A DNA stretch of 55,869 nt, the filler included, from Platydemus manokwari (taxonomy: Eukaryota), in the NCBI GenBank assembly GCA_037951405.1. It is 5 parts of 5 records of this genome, joined end to end, with 100 filler letters (N's around TTAATTAATTAA, not from the genome) between each part and the next. Parts side by side here need not be neighbours in the genome. Positions count along the whole stretch, not along the records: positions 45,606 to 55,869 come from JBBMOY011152215.1; 4 more parts are not named here. The stretch is one strand, 5' to 3'. Below the pieces are notes generated by a model that was not told the origin of the DNA, did no database searches, and saw nothing but the letters and a program-made list of their open reading frames with translations. Below are positions 54,337 through 55,869 of the stretch, in pieces. Position numbers and translations under genes: made by a program. How positions within the stretch are numbered: position 1 is the first letter of the stretch; every line of letters begins with the position of its first letter.

Positions 54337-54445
54337 TTTAAAATTTTATTAGAAACTTTACAAATATATTGTTAAAATAATTAGCATAAATCAAAATAAA
54401 TAGTGACTAAATAGATATTTCAATAAATTTTAATTTTTTAATCAG

Positions 54446-54547
54446 GAAGAAGATGGAGCTACCGATCAAGGTGATGAAATTTTTTTTCTACAAAAATAAC
54501 TTTATGGTTGCACTTTAGAAGAAGGATTAGGTGGTAAATTTCAACAG
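54446..54547 (+). CDS. Candidate downstream kinesin micro-exons (54446-54470 and 54519-54547)
   Basis: AG/GT-bounded 25-nt and 29-nt purine-rich segments separated by a 48-nt intron; they continue phase 0 as EEDGATDQEEGLGGKFQQ. Confidence 0.45.
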
Positions 54548-55869
54548 GTATTTATTAAAACTTTATTTGATATATAAATGTTAAATAAAATAGTTTTGAT
54601 TTAATCCATTTACAAAATATCATTTATAAAAATATGAATAAAGACAAACTACATTCATAAAGATTTATTTTAAAATCAAATAAAATAATAGATTATTAAA
54701 TTTTATAAATGGAATTGTATTGCAGTCGGCTTCGGTTGATGGTACCCTAATGGAAAATCCATTTATCAGTTTATGAATAATATTTTTAATGCATTTCATA
54801 TAACGAAACTTTAATAAATGTAATAAAATTTGATTTGGTGGTTGATGGGAAAAAGATATCACATCAATACATACACATAAATTGACATTGCTAAGCAAGA
54901 ATAATTATAAGAGATTTGTTATTAGTATTTTACTTTTTAAGAAGACTCTTAATAAAATCGGAAAGCATCAGAATTTTTCTTGAAACTAATGTCTTTACTG
55001 AGAATTTAACTCAAATTGGGTGCATATATAGTAAAAACCGGTTCTGATAATCATGCTATATCACACAAATTTGGAAAAGAACTTTCTGTGGGCCGCTTCG
55101 AAGTGCTACATGTTATTTGTTTTAAGCAGTTGCATAAAGTGAAAATAAAGTTAGAGGATATAAAATTTCCTTTATTACAAGACCATACTTTATCACAAAA
55201 AAATTTTAATTGTAATAATTTTTTTGAAATTTTTTACAAATTCAACTTTGGTGAAAAGGCACAATTTTATTAAAATTTTTAATGATGAAAATTTGAAAGG
55301 ATCTAACATAAGTCTGCCAATTATTTCCATAGAGGTGTTTAATATTTAAAAGAAATTAAAGAAATACAATATTCTCAAATATTATCATTAATAAAGTGTC
55401 CAAGTTTTACTAAAAGATTGATAATTTTGTTAATTATTTTTTTAAGGTTAATTAGAAGATTTTTTACATTTTTATAATTTTATAATTTTTATTAATATTC
55501 AAAAATTAAACGGACTGTTATAATTGTAATTAAAATTATTATATTATTGTTGGGGTTCTGACAATAACTATAACAATATCGTGTATAATAGTGACAATAT
55601 TCAATGTATAAAAGTAGAATGTATGAAATATCGTTGTATATTAAAGTAATTTATAAATTTTTAAAATTTGGTTGTATTAAAAAAACTAATTGGTTTTGTA
55701 TCGATTTCTAGCTATTGGAAAATGTAGCGTTTATCGACACCTGAAGTCGATTAAATTTTTATGATATTGCTAAAAATCGGAACATTTAGTTGCTATTTTA
55801 TTTTATTTTTACCGCACTGTAGCGATATTGTTAAGTTTATTTTAATCGCATTGTAGTGATATATTTTTA

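Overview
Very AT-rich eukaryotic (animal) genomic DNA with GT-AG introns, many of them only 45-56 nt. This is consistent with a flatworm such as a planarian, which is an inference and not shown by the sequence. Four identical 100-nt artificial linkers (N44-TTAATTAATTAA-N44) split the window into five contigs, so adjacency across linkers is unproven. Contents in order: (1) an intronless rhodopsin-like orphan GPCR; (2) a decayed Ty3/Gypsy integrase and LTR-like dispersed repeats; (3) a ~2-kb fossil virus-like island with two diverged CRESS-DNA-type Rep/SF3 helicase remnants (one keeps HUH motifs I-II), each followed by a Cys/His-rich frame; (4) an 8-exon, frame-intact gene (about 899 aa reconstructed, 5' end missing) fusing a bacterial-dynamin/mitofusin-type GTPase, a helical stalk with a hydrophobic segment and an atypical C-terminal kinase, with a Buster-type hAT MITE and a hAT transposase remnant in its first visible intron; (5) two tandem mucin-like membrane proteins that share essentially only a 35-aa C-terminal anchor, one with an N-glycan-type and one with an O-glycan-type stalk; (6) a partial kinesin-3 gene resembling STARD9/KIF16A. 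All gene models and translations outside the supplied ORF track were made by hand; no database searches were run.
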